Source of the DNA: a virus | Virus record (IMG/VR): IMGVR_UViG_3300008114_000040 | Span: 1-64,000 of that record | Reading direction: 5' to 3' (one strand) | Length of the DNA: 64,000 nt | Shown: positions 9,951 to 19,714 of the stretch, in pieces | Position numbering within the stretch: position 1 is the stretch's first letter | Layout of the letters: every line of letters begins with the position of its first letter | Program-made: the position numbers and the translations under genes | The notes under the pieces: model-generated | Seen by the model: the letters and a program-made list of their open reading frames with translations, nothing else | Database searches by the model: none | What the model was told of the DNA's origin: nothing

Positions 9951-10811
9951 TATTATTTGATCACCATTCCAATTATAAATACCGGTTAGATTTCCTACTT
10001 TTGCGTTCCCGGTACAAGTGGTACCTGTTTGATTTAGATATATTATAGTATTTGGTGAGGAAAAGGTCACTGCCGATACTGTAAAGTTTGATTTCCCAAT
10101 ATCATAATTAAAATCTCTATCGTCAATAACTACAGTGTCACCTGAAGAAAATGATGTCGTTATATCCCCATAACTAGAATCTAAAGTAACCACACCACTA
10201 GTTATGGGTCCACATAAGTAGGCACCATATTTTCCTGTTTGTGAACCCCGTCCTTCCGTATGAGAAGCGTAACCAAATGAAGTTGTTTGATAACCTTCAG
10301 CGTGTGAATAATCACCATGTGCCGTAGTTTCTCTACCTTCAGCATAGGATAATAATCCGGTAGCCACTGAACCAGTAAATTGTATACTATCGTGAATTGT
10401 TATTGGTGAACATCCGTGTAAATTACTTACATATAAGTCATTTATACACGTTGCCGATGTATTCCCAGTAAATGAACCACCAGTTGTTCCCGTGAAAGAT
10501 ATTGTGAAATTACCGTTTGAACCACTTATGTTAATGTTATTACCGGCAGTTAATCCACTTATTGGTAAGTTTTGATAAGTTGTTGCACTTATGGTATTAG
10601 CACTCATACCACTTGTAAATGTGGTCGGTCCGGTTACAGTTCCTCCGGTGAATGTTGATGCACCAAAAATTGAACTTAGTTGTTGTAGTTCCGCTTTATA
10701 GGACGATCCCGCCATATTTTGTGAGGTATCCGCGGTGGTTACAATATGTATTAATGTTGTTGGTGTAATCGCTGAGGATTGTGCCAAGGTTTTATCCGTT
10801 AATCTAGCCAT
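9042..10811 (-). CDS. Tail fibre with YadA/Hep_Hag-like SHAEG head repeats (N-terminal part)
   Basis: Many 14-aa repeats SH(A/S)EGxxTxAxGxx. N-terminus shared with 15798..16853. Ends abruptly mid-repeat at TGA. Confidence 0.75.
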   Translation of the reverse strand: MARLTDKTLAQSSAITPTTLIHIVTTADTSQNMAGSSYKAELQQLSSIFGASTFTGGTVTGPTTFTSGMSANTISATTYQNLPISGLTAGNNINISGSNGNFTISFTGTTGGSFTGNTSATCINDLYVSNLHGCSPITIHDSIQFTGSVATGLLSYAEGRETTAHGDYSHAEGYQTTSFGYASHTEGRGSQTGKYGAYLCGPITSGVVTLDSSYGDITTSFSSGDTVVIDDRDFNYDIGKSNFTVSAVTFSSPNTIIYLNQTGTTCTGNAKVGNLTGIYNWNGDQIITTDYSHSRGISTVTLGYASTASGYYSVALGDVSTSSGFYTKSYGTNSHTEGRQTTSVGDASHAEGWNTTAWGTYSHSEGQLTKAIGLRSHSEGSSTTAFGTTSHSEGINTKALGNASHSEGTSTTASGFYSHAEGMSTTTINQSTHAEGYSSVAVGFSSHAEGLFSNAISSGSHAEGGYYDGFDYYSGGTTLGYASHAEGVSTTAIGIQSHAEGSYTTALGNGSHAEGALTKALGNVSHSEGQLTTALGTTSHSEGSNTKALGNGSHAEGSFTTASGTTSHAEGNDTKALGNVSHSEGESTR

Positions 10812-10835
10812 TTCTTTTTATTTATATATATTTAA

Positions 10836-11123
10836 TTATTCAAATTCATATGGTTCACCACCCATAAATTCAAAAAGATCACCATCTTGAAACTCTTTAT
10901 AGGATGATAATTCATAACAAAAAACACATCCGTTATCGTCAATAATTTTAACAATGTAGTTTGGGTATGTTTCATAAACTTCCGGTAAAACAAAACTATA
11001 TGGTATGGATGTTGCCGAGAATGTATCAATATATTGACAAGTACCAAAACATGTATCGCAAACCCATACGTCAAATGGTGAAGTTCCCGATGTTATACTA
11101 TTAATAGTTATTATATTTGCCAT
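10836..11123 (-). CDS. Small virion adaptor-like protein (paralog of 16870..17157 and 17159..17449)
   Basis: ITSGTSPFDVWVCD...VKIIDDNGC...FQDGDLFEFM, aligned by eye with the two paralogs. Confidence 0.65.
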   Translation of the reverse strand: MANIITINSITSGTSPFDVWVCDTCFGTCQYIDTFSATSIPYSFVLPEVYETYPNYIVKIIDDNGCVFCYELSSYKEFQDGDLFEFMGGEPYEFE

Positions 11124-11124
11124 T

Positions 11125-12756
11125 TTAACAATTTCCGTTTACGTCACATTTAAATGTTATTTTACCCATACTATCCACTTCAAATATTTTCTCAGTTTGA
11201 TTAATATTTTGCGTTTGTAATACTTTAATGTATGTTACAGTGAATGGTGTTGTAAGTGAACTATTTTCATATAAATAGATACCGGTATCTAAAGTACTCA
11301 CACTATAATCAGTATAGAATTGTACATCACCTCCGAAATCTGTTAACTCACAAACAGGACAAGATATAGAATACTCACCTTTTGCTTTCCATAATCTATA
11401 TGTTGGTGTTGGTTCCGGATCAGGTGTTAAACATTCCAAACAAGTCGTATATGTGGTCGCAGTTGTTGCCGTAAATGTATCCACGTTGGTTACAATGTAA
11501 CCTGGAGGTGCAATATAGTTTACAAAATTACCCACATACGAATAACAAGATCCAGATGTTTTTAATATATCATCAATTTGTATGTTTAATGGTGGTATCG
11601 CCGTTTGTATAATCATTGAATTTGTTGTACATGATGTAAATATAAATTCTGTTCCCATAGCATATGTTGGTGTTGGTGTCGGAGTAGGTGTTGGTGTCGG
11701 AGTTGGTGTAGGTGTTGGTGTAGGTGTTGGAGTTAGGATTATACATTCCGAACATCCACTTGTATATACGTCCAAAATTTCCACCAAATTTCTATTTGTT
11801 GATGCGGTCGTTACTCTATTATAAGTCACACATTGGATTTGATCTGAATTATTTCCATGTAATATCGCTAAGAATGTTGTTCCTGCCGATAATGATAAAC
11901 CACCATAACTTAATTCACTATCAATATAGTAAATTGAACCATCCTCACAATCAATAAGTTCTTTAACAAGTGAACAAACAAAATTACCACTATCAATGAT
12001 AAATGTTACAGTGTCTGCCGATGGTATGACCGTTACCGTTGGTGTTGGTGATGGAGTTGGAGTTGGTGTAGGTGTTGGTAATGGTCCAGTCACAACTGTA
12101 ATGTCAGCCGTAAACCCAGAACAAGGATCAACCGTAGGAGTTGGAGTAGGCGTCGGAGTAGGAGTTGGTGTAGGTGTTGGTGTAGGTGTTGGTACAATAA
12201 TTTCACATTCCAATAACACATCAAAATCTAATAACGAACATGGGTCAGTAGGTATTGGTGTAGGTGTTGGGCAACTTCCGTTTGTCATAACCGTTGGGTC
12301 TAAGTCCGGACAATCCGATGTTGTTGGATTTGGACCGAAAAAGAACGCAGTTCCACCTAAAGTGTCACTCAAACACCATTTGTTTGTATCAAAAAACAAA
12401 TACCCAGGATTTGTTCCACCTGTCCAATACGGTTTTGAGTTATATGTTCCAGTTAACACATAATCACCAGTATATGCTGAATATGCACTAAATGGTATGT
12501 TAATACACATATTCTCATAACAACATAATTCAACACAAGATGGTTCCGTACACCCAGTACTTAATAGGGTCGCGGTACCATCAAATACAAACGGACCGTC
12601 CGCCGTTACACCGGTTACAATCGTATAACAACCATCCATAATATTTGTATCACCCGTAATTTCAAAAGAAGTTAAAGGGGTGGGGACAAACGACCACGAA
12701 CTGGCACTATATACTATTTGTGTATAACAACAACTACTTAATATAATATCCGCCAT
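11125..12756 (-). CDS. Cys-rich virion protein with multiple Pro-Thr (mucin-like) tracts
   Basis: 543 aa with (PT)10, [14 protein letters not shown] and T(PT)11 tracts between Cys-rich domains. Immediately downstream of the glycosyltransferases. Confidence 0.7.
   Translation of the reverse strand: MADIILSSCCYTQIVYSASSWSFVPTPLTSFEITGDTNIMDGCYTIVTGVTADGPFVFDGTATLLSTGCTEPSCVELCCYENMCINIPFSAYSAYTGDYVLTGTYNSKPYWTGGTNPGYLFFDTNKWCLSDTLGGTAFFFGPNPTTSDCPDLDPTVMTNGSCPTPTPIPTDPCSLLDFDVLLECEIIVPTPTPTPTPTPTPTPTPTPTVDPCSGFTADITVVTGPLPTPTPTPTPSPTPTVTVIPSADTVTFIIDSGNFVCSLVKELIDCEDGSIYYIDSELSYGGLSLSAGTTFLAILHGNNSDQIQCVTYNRVTTASTNRNLVEILDVYTSGCSECIILTPTPTPTPTPTPTPTPTPTPTPTYAMGTEFIFTSCTTNSMIIQTAIPPLNIQIDDILKTSGSCYSYVGNFVNYIAPPGYIVTNVDTFTATTATTYTTCLECLTPDPEPTPTYRLWKAKGEYSISCPVCELTDFGGDVQFYTDYSVSTLDTGIYLYENSSLTTPFTVTYIKVLQTQNINQTEKIFEVDSMGKITFKCDVNGNC
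11665..11733 (-). repeat. T(PT)11 coding repeat
   Basis: Hexamer-period repeat with mixed synonymous codons. Confidence 0.9.
12037..12192 (-). repeat. Two Pro-Thr tracts (12037-12078 and 12133-12192)
   Basis: [14 protein letters not shown] and (PT)10 in the 543-aa ORF. Confidence 0.9.
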
Positions 12757-12810
12757 TATGTGTTTTTCTTTCTTTTATAAATAACCAAAAGTTTGTTTTA
12801 TTCGTGTTTT

Positions 12811-14514
12811 TTAACCAATTTGATTCCAACTAACCTCACCAAACCAATTATAGGTGTGATATATTTCAGTTTTGTCAGAATAATCAATTTTGAACTTACC
12901 AGTTTTTTTACTATCTAAATCAAAAACCCTCTCATCCAAACCATTTTTAATTTTAAATGAGTGACTTAAATGTTCAAGTCCTGTTTTTTGATAATCCCAA
13001 ATATATTTAATGAAATAGTTTCCATTGTCAGTTAATATTGTAATTTCAATTTTGGTTTCATTCTCTTTGAATTTTTCAATCAACTTATTATTTTTTACTG
13101 GAATCATATTTGTATCATCTTTGAGACTTTCAATATAATTTCGTATTGATTCCAAATCGTTTCCTTGTCCCACAAAATGACAAATAAAATTGTTTTTTTG
13201 GTGACTTGATTTAAACTTGTTTAATATTTCACTTTTAACAATCTTATAGTGATTTCTGTCAGTTTTAGATAATACGATATGTATTGGTCCTTGTTCAAAC
13301 GGCCACTGATCATAATTAAAATTGTTCCCTATTATACTTTTATGTGAATAATCAACACCTCTATTTGTGTTACTTTTGGTGTCCCATACCTCATCTAAAA
13401 AATTAATAACCCAAGGATTATTTTTTAAAATCATAACACCAGTGTTAATTATTCGTAAATTTTGTAAATTATTATAATCATTACTTGGGTTCAAAAACTC
13501 AATATTTCTAGAATCATCTTCCGACGCTAAAATGATATTTGATTCAGAATATAAATTACAAATAAAATCAAACCGCATTTCTTCGTTTGTTATACAAGCA
13601 TCATTATCAACCCAAACGACATAATCAAACTCATCGGTTAACAAAACTTCTTTTAATAATTTAATTTTGTCCCAACCAGGATGCCTATCACTCAACCTAC
13701 CTTTATGGTATTTAAAACTATAACCTTGTTTATCACAATATTTTTGTTTGTTTTGAATTGTGTAATTCGCAACATGTTCAATATTTTCTGTAAAATGTGA
13801 AACCAAACAAATTTTATATTTATTAAGTTCAATTACATTTACATCCTCATCACTTTCAATATTTAGTCTCTGATTTGTTAGTTCAACTTTTTTTATAAAA
13901 TCATTTAGATGTGTTGTAGATTGTCTACTACCCATATAATGGACAATAAATGTTTTATCATTTTTTGAATTTGGGTGGCAATTAAAAGTTGTATGTGGAA
14001 ATATTTTAAACCTGGTGCCATCTTCTTTTAACAACTCCTCACACATTTTTCCTTGTTCGTGTGGAAATCCTTCGTAGGAGTGTTTATCTAAAGCTTCAAC
14101 ATTGTAGTCAGTTATACTATTCCAGACTTTATTTAATAAGTCGGACGACCACTCGGTGTTTTTGAATATCATAACACCAGTGTTTACCAAAAGATGTTTT
14201 GAATTTACCTCATAACATACGTCTGAGCAAAATAACGAATCATAATCTTTATTTTCACTTATAAAATCAACAAGTGATATATCAAAATTATTAAATACCG
14301 TATCACTATCCATCCACACCACATAATCATAATGTGGTAACAATTGTATTAAACATTGTATTTTGTCCCACTGTGCGTGTCTTTTTGATAACCTACCCAA
14401 AAAAAACTTATAATCTATATTGTATTTTTCACAATACTTTTTTTTATTCAAAGTTGATAACCTTGACTCTAGTTCAATTTCTTTTGTAAACAAACTAACA
14501 ACACAAATTCTCAT
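12811..14514 (-). CDS. Glycosyltransferase with two tandem GT34-like (GMA12/MNN10-type) domains
   Basis: Domain 1: WDKI...YDYVVWMDSD...NTGVMIFKN...HEQG...FIVHYMG. Domain 2: WDKI...FDYVVWVDND...NTGVMILKN...FEQG...FICHFVG. Both have DxD motifs. Confidence 0.85.
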   Translation of the reverse strand: MRICVVSLFTKEIELESRLSTLNKKKYCEKYNIDYKFFLGRLSKRHAQWDKIQCLIQLLPHYDYVVWMDSDTVFNNFDISLVDFISENKDYDSLFCSDVCYEVNSKHLLVNTGVMIFKNTEWSSDLLNKVWNSITDYNVEALDKHSYEGFPHEQGKMCEELLKEDGTRFKIFPHTTFNCHPNSKNDKTFIVHYMGSRQSTTHLNDFIKKVELTNQRLNIESDEDVNVIELNKYKICLVSHFTENIEHVANYTIQNKQKYCDKQGYSFKYHKGRLSDRHPGWDKIKLLKEVLLTDEFDYVVWVDNDACITNEEMRFDFICNLYSESNIILASEDDSRNIEFLNPSNDYNNLQNLRIINTGVMILKNNPWVINFLDEVWDTKSNTNRGVDYSHKSIIGNNFNYDQWPFEQGPIHIVLSKTDRNHYKIVKSEILNKFKSSHQKNNFICHFVGQGNDLESIRNYIESLKDDTNMIPVKNNKLIEKFKENETKIEITILTDNGNYFIKYIWDYQKTGLEHLSHSFKIKNGLDERVFDLDSKKTGKFKIDYSDKTEIYHTYNWFGEVSWNQIG

Positions 14515-14515
14515 A

Positions 14516-15757
14516 TTACATTTGTTGTTCTATTTTATTTAACCAACCTTTTGATTTTGAATAAGGCCATAACACCCAGGATTTTGGTTCTTCAGTTGTT
14601 GTGAATGTCCTACATATCTCTATTTCGTCACCCGGTTGTTTTAATAATTTTTGAATTTCATCAATACTAGCATCTTCTCTATATAATGTCGTATCACCTT
14701 CTTTATTGAAGATAACCGCCCAAAATTCATAATCACTTTCATTTAATAATTCCTTTTTGACTTTAAAACATTTTTTTATTTGTTTTGAGAATGATTGAAT
14801 CCATTCATCTTCTGTTTTATAATCATATGGATTTGGTGGATATTTTTTTTCTAGTGTATATTGTTGTACCGCTCTTTTAGAAAAAAGGATTCCGGCATAT
14901 TTTTCATAATCCCTTAACGTTCGTTCAGTACCAAAACCGTAATTTCCTTGATCCATTAGTTCGTTACCATCAATCCCAAACAACTTTCTATTTAAGTCGT
15001 GTGCTTTTTCATTATCTTTCCACCACTCTTTATGGTCGTCCCAGTGTTTAGTCCTGTTATTTCTTGTATATTCATGCCAAATTAATACTTTATGAGGATG
15101 AAAAAGATCATAACCGTGAGTATAAGCTCTCACTGCTATTGAAATTTCCTCTCCATGAAAATAGAAATCAGGGTTATGTTGTACTTCTTTTGAAAATTCA
15201 CCTAATGTGAAACAAAAATGAGCAGAATAAAATCTTGAAGCTATTGGTTCAGTTAAGTTTGTCCAATTTGGAATTACTTCTGGTAGGAAAAATACGGCAC
15301 CTTCCGGAATAAATTTATCAAACACCATTCGCCAAGGAACTCTAACCCTTCCGTCTGGATCATTTTCTGGTTTGTATGATGATACGTAACCAGTTAATAA
15401 AGGTTTTTTGTGTCCCTTATTTTGTAATTGTCTAATCATATTGATTAATTCATCATCCCAATCTTTTTCAAACCGCATATGAGAATCAATCTGTAATGTA
15501 TATTGCTCATCTTGATATAATTGCTGTACTTGGTTACGAGCCCAACAAACACCTTTTGATTCTGTATTTGGTATATTTAAAATTCTGAATCTAGAATCAT
15601 TTTGATATTCATCAATATTGAATTGATCATCTGGATTGAACTGATTACAAATACCAAAAACTAAATTATCCGGATATTTGGCATTTTCTAAACATGACTT
15701 GATTGTTGGTAATAATTCTGGGTCTCTATAAGATGCAATTTGTATGAAGATTCTCAT
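14516..15757 (-). CDS. GT60-like polypeptide/hydroxyproline N-acetylglucosaminyltransferase
   Basis: IFIQIASYRDPEL, GVCWARN, LQIDSHMRF..WD (DSH metal motif), FHGEEI and WHEYTR: signature motifs of the Skp1 Gnt1 / PF11397 family. Confidence 0.85.
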   Translation of the reverse strand: MRIFIQIASYRDPELLPTIKSCLENAKYPDNLVFGICNQFNPDDQFNIDEYQNDSRFRILNIPNTESKGVCWARNQVQQLYQDEQYTLQIDSHMRFEKDWDDELINMIRQLQNKGHKKPLLTGYVSSYKPENDPDGRVRVPWRMVFDKFIPEGAVFFLPEVIPNWTNLTEPIASRFYSAHFCFTLGEFSKEVQHNPDFYFHGEEISIAVRAYTHGYDLFHPHKVLIWHEYTRNNRTKHWDDHKEWWKDNEKAHDLNRKLFGIDGNELMDQGNYGFGTERTLRDYEKYAGILFSKRAVQQYTLEKKYPPNPYDYKTEDEWIQSFSKQIKKCFKVKKELLNESDYEFWAVIFNKEGDTTLYREDASIDEIQKLLKQPGDEIEICRTFTTTEEPKSWVLWPYSKSKGWLNKIEQQM

Positions 15758-15797
15758 GCAAAAATTTTAACACAAAACTTATTAAAGTGAATAAATA

Positions 15798-16853
15798 TTA
15801 CCAGGTTTCGCCACTTACTCTAACCCACCCAGTATTGTTTTTTAAATAGATGTAGGTATTGTCCCAACTAATTGAACCCGGTACTCCATTTGTGTCCGTA
15901 CTACCAGATGGTGTATAAGATGTTGATACAACCAAAGTATCTCCAGTTAATCCACTTGTGAAAATATTTGTTGGGTTCTCCCATCTTGCTTCACCTGTTG
16001 GTAAAACACAAGTTAAAACTTTTCCGACAACCTCTTGACCATCTAGTAATTGAATTGCATAATCATTTGGTCCTCCTGCAACAGTACCTTTAATGGCAAT
16101 ATTAGAATCATTAGTAATTCCTGCTGTTGTTTGTGCCCAAAACACGACATTTGATCCACCTAAACCATAATTATTTTCAGAATTTACGGTCAAACCATAT
16201 GTTGTACCACTAACGGTTGTACCATTAAAAATACCAGCAGTTATAGTATCACCAGTTGAATAAATGTCAAGTTTAGCGTTTGGGTCCCCAAAAACACCGT
16301 ACCAATCATTTATCCCAATTCTATTATTTACTACATCAATTGTTACACCACTACTTGAACCAAAATAAACATTACCTTCATCTTCATCATTTATAAAAAG
16401 TGGTGAGAATGATTTTAATCTAGACGCCTTCATATAATCAGTAAAACTTCCTCTAGGTCCTAAAAGTGTGTTAGTAACCTCAAGGTCTTTAGTTACTACC
16501 TTTTCCGAAGTTGTGCCTGTGGCGATTATTAAACAACCACCTTCAGTGACCGACAATGTATAACCTGTGGTTCCTGTTGCTATTGTTTCAAAACACACAT
16601 TATCGTGAAATGTTGTACCAGAACAACCATACACATCAGACACATATAATTCATTAATACATGTTGCAGATGTATTACCAGTAAATGTGGAACCACTAAA
16701 CAAATTTGATAGTTGACCTAACTCGGCTTTATAGGATGACCCGGCCGGATTTTGTGAAACATCATCGGTCGTTACTATATGTATCAATGTTGTTGGTGTA
16801 ATCGCCGTTGGGTTGGCTAAAACTCTATCCGTAAGTAATTGATAAGTTGGCAT
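15798..16853 (-). CDS. Short tail fibre-like protein; N-terminus paralogous to 9042..10811
   Basis: LTDRVLA...ITPTTLIHIVTT.D.SQN.AGSSYKAEL and FTGNTSATCINELYVS shared with the long fibre. NNRIGIN, GKVLTC and G..GSISWDNTYIY...WVR fibre motifs. Confidence 0.7.
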   Translation of the reverse strand: MPTYQLLTDRVLANPTAITPTTLIHIVTTDDVSQNPAGSSYKAELGQLSNLFSGSTFTGNTSATCINELYVSDVYGCSGTTFHDNVCFETIATGTTGYTLSVTEGGCLIIATGTTSEKVVTKDLEVTNTLLGPRGSFTDYMKASRLKSFSPLFINDEDEGNVYFGSSSGVTIDVVNNRIGINDWYGVFGDPNAKLDIYSTGDTITAGIFNGTTVSGTTYGLTVNSENNYGLGGSNVVFWAQTTAGITNDSNIAIKGTVAGGPNDYAIQLLDGQEVVGKVLTCVLPTGEARWENPTNIFTSGLTGDTLVVSTSYTPSGSTDTNGVPGSISWDNTYIYLKNNTGWVRVSGETW

Positions 16854-16869
16854 ATGTTATAAATATCAA

Positions 16870-17157
16870 TTATTGAAAATAATATTGGATATTATCCATA
16901 AATATAAATAATATGTCATCTTGGAACGCTTTACCGTCTGGACAATCAATTGTTTTAATAAAAGTACATCCATTTGTATCAATAATTTTTAAATTCAAAA
17001 GAAATTCATTTGGGAAATAATTTTGAGTATCAATTATTACTGATGGTGGAATGGACGTATTACCGGAAACATAAAAACAAGACGTTAAGTCTGAGTTACA
17101 TAAAAAAACATCATATGGCGATTGACTAGAAGTAACCCCTGTAATTTCAATTAACAT
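16870..17157 (-). CDS. Small virion adaptor-like protein
   Basis: ITGVTSSQSPYDVFLCN...LKIIDTNGC...FQDDILFIFM; paralog of 10836..11123. Confidence 0.65.
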   Translation of the reverse strand: MLIEITGVTSSQSPYDVFLCNSDLTSCFYVSGNTSIPPSVIIDTQNYFPNEFLLNLKIIDTNGCTFIKTIDCPDGKAFQDDILFIFMDNIQYYFQ

Positions 17158-17158
17158 T

Positions 17159-17449
17159 TTATATCCAAATTAATTCGTCACCATCTTCGGTAATCATTAT
17201 GAGTCCATCCTCGGTTAAAATAAAATAGGTATCTTCTGGACAACTAACAATCTTAAATACAGTACAACCAACACTATCAATTACTTTAATCATCAGTGTT
17301 GTTGCTGTTTCATAAAAAGTGGATGCCGTATATGTTCCACCAGTTGTTGCAAGTACTGAACAATTATTACCATTTTCATCACAAATATAAAATGTGAATG
17401 GTGGTACTCCCCCTGTAATTCCTGATATGGTAAAAACTTGTTGTGTCAT
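17159..17449 (-). CDS. Small virion adaptor-like protein
   Basis: ITGGVPPFTFYICD...IKVIDSVGC, with C-terminal LTEDGLIMITEDG. Confidence 0.65.
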   Translation of the reverse strand: MTQQVFTISGITGGVPPFTFYICDENGNNCSVLATTGGTYTASTFYETATTLMIKVIDSVGCTVFKIVSCPEDTYFILTEDGLIMITEDGDELIWI

Positions 17450-19707
17450 ATGAAATAAGATGGTTGATATTGAAATGATAGTCCAGTTGACCCTGTGTAA
17501 CCATATATTAGTACTTCCGTACCTAAAGTTCCACCAGTAAATTGAACGGCATAAATTTCAAAATCTCTAAAGTCAGATGGGTTGTTTAAATAAACCGTAT
17601 AACGGTATTGATATCTAACATATGCTGAATTATTATTGAATAAGGATTGTACAGAAAATCTTGGGTAACTAAAATCAAAGGTTTGAGCACTCAGCGATGG
17701 TACAATGGTAGGTGTACTACCAGTATAAACGATAGTTTCATTTAGGTATTTAGGGTATCTAACTACACCGTTAAATGTATCCGCACTTGTAGTTGTAACA
17801 CCACTACAAGCTAAACTAACTTGGTAAAAAGGATCACTATATTTACTACCAGTGGTTGTGGTACCTGAAAAATTATTAGTCGTACCAGTAGATCTGTTAT
17901 TTATCAAGTCAACGTAGTCTGACTGTATATTACCCGATAAACTACATAATGGGTCATAGGTCAAGTTATTCACTATGGTTGGCATTGTTAATCTAAAGGT
18001 ATAATTTGGTCCCGTTGTACCAGTTGTGACCACAGTGGATGGGTGTATCATAAAATTTAATTCTGTGGTTCCATCACCACAATTAGTAGACCCAGTGTTT
18101 GAAGGTATTGCTAAATTATAATATCTATAATATCTAATATCTGTTGAATCATAAGGGGTACCACTCCATGGTCCGGCGGACGTAGTGCAGACACCAACTA
18201 ACCCAGGTGAACTACCCGTACTAACATTTAAATATGAATTATAATAAGTGTTAAAATCAACAATATTACTAAATTCCATATCTATAACACCCTGAGTCCC
18301 ACCACTTACATACTTTTGGTATGTTATAGTGTTTGAAGATGGTGTGGAACAAATTCTTAGTACGTTTTTGGGTTGACTACTAATATATGTCGGTGTATTT
18401 ATTCTCAACAACCCGGTAGACCGATTAATTATATACGGTGAATCTTCATAAACAAATAACGTGTCGTAGTTTGTACCTCTTAATAGTAAAGTATTTCTAA
18501 AATCATTAACTATATATTTTGTAAAATCATCAACATTATATGGACAACCACTCAAATTAAATGTTATTTGATTTGTATTACATACCCCAGTAGTAGATGT
18601 GATTGTTGATGCTGAGATTTTATAAGGTATATTGTTAAAAATACAAGAGTCTTGATTAAATGAATTTAAACAAGTAAAATAAAAATCCCAATTTGTTTGT
18701 GTGTTTGCCGAATTTGGTATTACCTCTAATTTTATTGTATCATTAATATTTTGTGTTAAACCAGTAAAACAATTAACTTTTTTGATAAAAATAGTACTAG
18801 AACTTGTTGCGGCACTTTTTGGTGTTTCATTTAAACTAAAGTTGGATGTTGTCAAGTCTGACCCAACAACAATATCTTCAAATATTAAAGGTTCAGAATA
18901 GGCAGAACCATAATATGTCAATCTTAATCTATCAGGTACTGAATAACCCCTAAATTTCCACGCAAAATAATTAGTAGTAGTTGCGGTCAATAAGAAAGTA
19001 CTCTCCAAGGCTTGTGGCACAACCCCCGCCGCAGCACCAGAAAAACTCACCCTATGTTCATAATTAGCATCATCACTTGACCCATCACCATTATCACAAG
19101 TAAACGGGTTAATAGTTACTGTGACCGAGGAAAAACATTCTAACTCTGCCGGTATTGTTCCGGTCCCTCCTGTTTGAGAAAAAGTCAACCCACTCAATTT
19201 AATTTTATCAATTACTGGTACATATGTACCTGCTTGAGCTAAAATGGCGGAACTTCCGGTTAATGGATGAGTAAAGGAATACGGCACATATTCTGACCCA
19301 TAACCTGATATAAATACAGGATTTGTGGTGTCTCCAGTTTCATACCAAAAAATTCTATAATCGGTAATATTTACTTCACAAGAACCTGTCAAATTACCAG
19401 CAACTAACCTACCAATAGTATTTGCACTATATGAATTAAAATCTAAATCACAAGTCGTACATAAATTATTAGATTGTACCGGTATATCACAAGAACAACC
19501 CGTTCCAATATCATAAATTCTAATTTGTGTTGTAAAATCTGGTACATTATCAATATAGTAAGGACATTCGTTTCCTGTTATTGCTGATAAATTTATGTTA
19601 GTTTGGAATGGTGTAGTGTACCCATCTACATTACTATATAAATTTAACACACCACCTAATGGTGTTGTTCCTGTGTATGATAAGCATGTTACGGCGGAAA
19701 ATGACAT
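17446..19707 (-). CDS. Hypothetical Thr/Cys-rich virion protein
   Basis: 753-aa ORF with beta-rich composition inside the fibre block. Confidence 0.6.
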   Translation of the reverse strand: MSFSAVTCLSYTGTTPLGGVLNLYSNVDGYTTPFQTNINLSAITGNECPYYIDNVPDFTTQIRIYDIGTGCSCDIPVQSNNLCTTCDLDFNSYSANTIGRLVAGNLTGSCEVNITDYRIFWYETGDTTNPVFISGYGSEYVPYSFTHPLTGSSAILAQAGTYVPVIDKIKLSGLTFSQTGGTGTIPAELECFSSVTVTINPFTCDNGDGSSDDANYEHRVSFSGAAAGVVPQALESTFLLTATTTNYFAWKFRGYSVPDRLRLTYYGSAYSEPLIFEDIVVGSDLTTSNFSLNETPKSAATSSSTIFIKKVNCFTGLTQNINDTIKLEVIPNSANTQTNWDFYFTCLNSFNQDSCIFNNIPYKISASTITSTTGVCNTNQITFNLSGCPYNVDDFTKYIVNDFRNTLLLRGTNYDTLFVYEDSPYIINRSTGLLRINTPTYISSQPKNVLRICSTPSSNTITYQKYVSGGTQGVIDMEFSNIVDFNTYYNSYLNVSTGSSPGLVGVCTTSAGPWSGTPYDSTDIRYYRYYNLAIPSNTGSTNCGDGTTELNFMIHPSTVVTTGTTGPNYTFRLTMPTIVNNLTYDPLCSLSGNIQSDYVDLINNRSTGTTNNFSGTTTTGSKYSDPFYQVSLACSGVTTTSADTFNGVVRYPKYLNETIVYTGSTPTIVPSLSAQTFDFSYPRFSVQSLFNNNSAYVRYQYRYTVYLNNPSDFRDFEIYAVQFTGGTLGTEVLIYGYTGSTGLSFQYQPSYFI

Positions 19708-19714
19708 AAAATTA

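Noticed and set aside
11582-12463. Plus-strand ORFs with (GV)n repeats (11582..11824, 11996..12463; also 19737..19973 and 19595..19906)
   Set aside because: They are antisense shadows of the Pro-Thr tracts, with no independent coding evidence.
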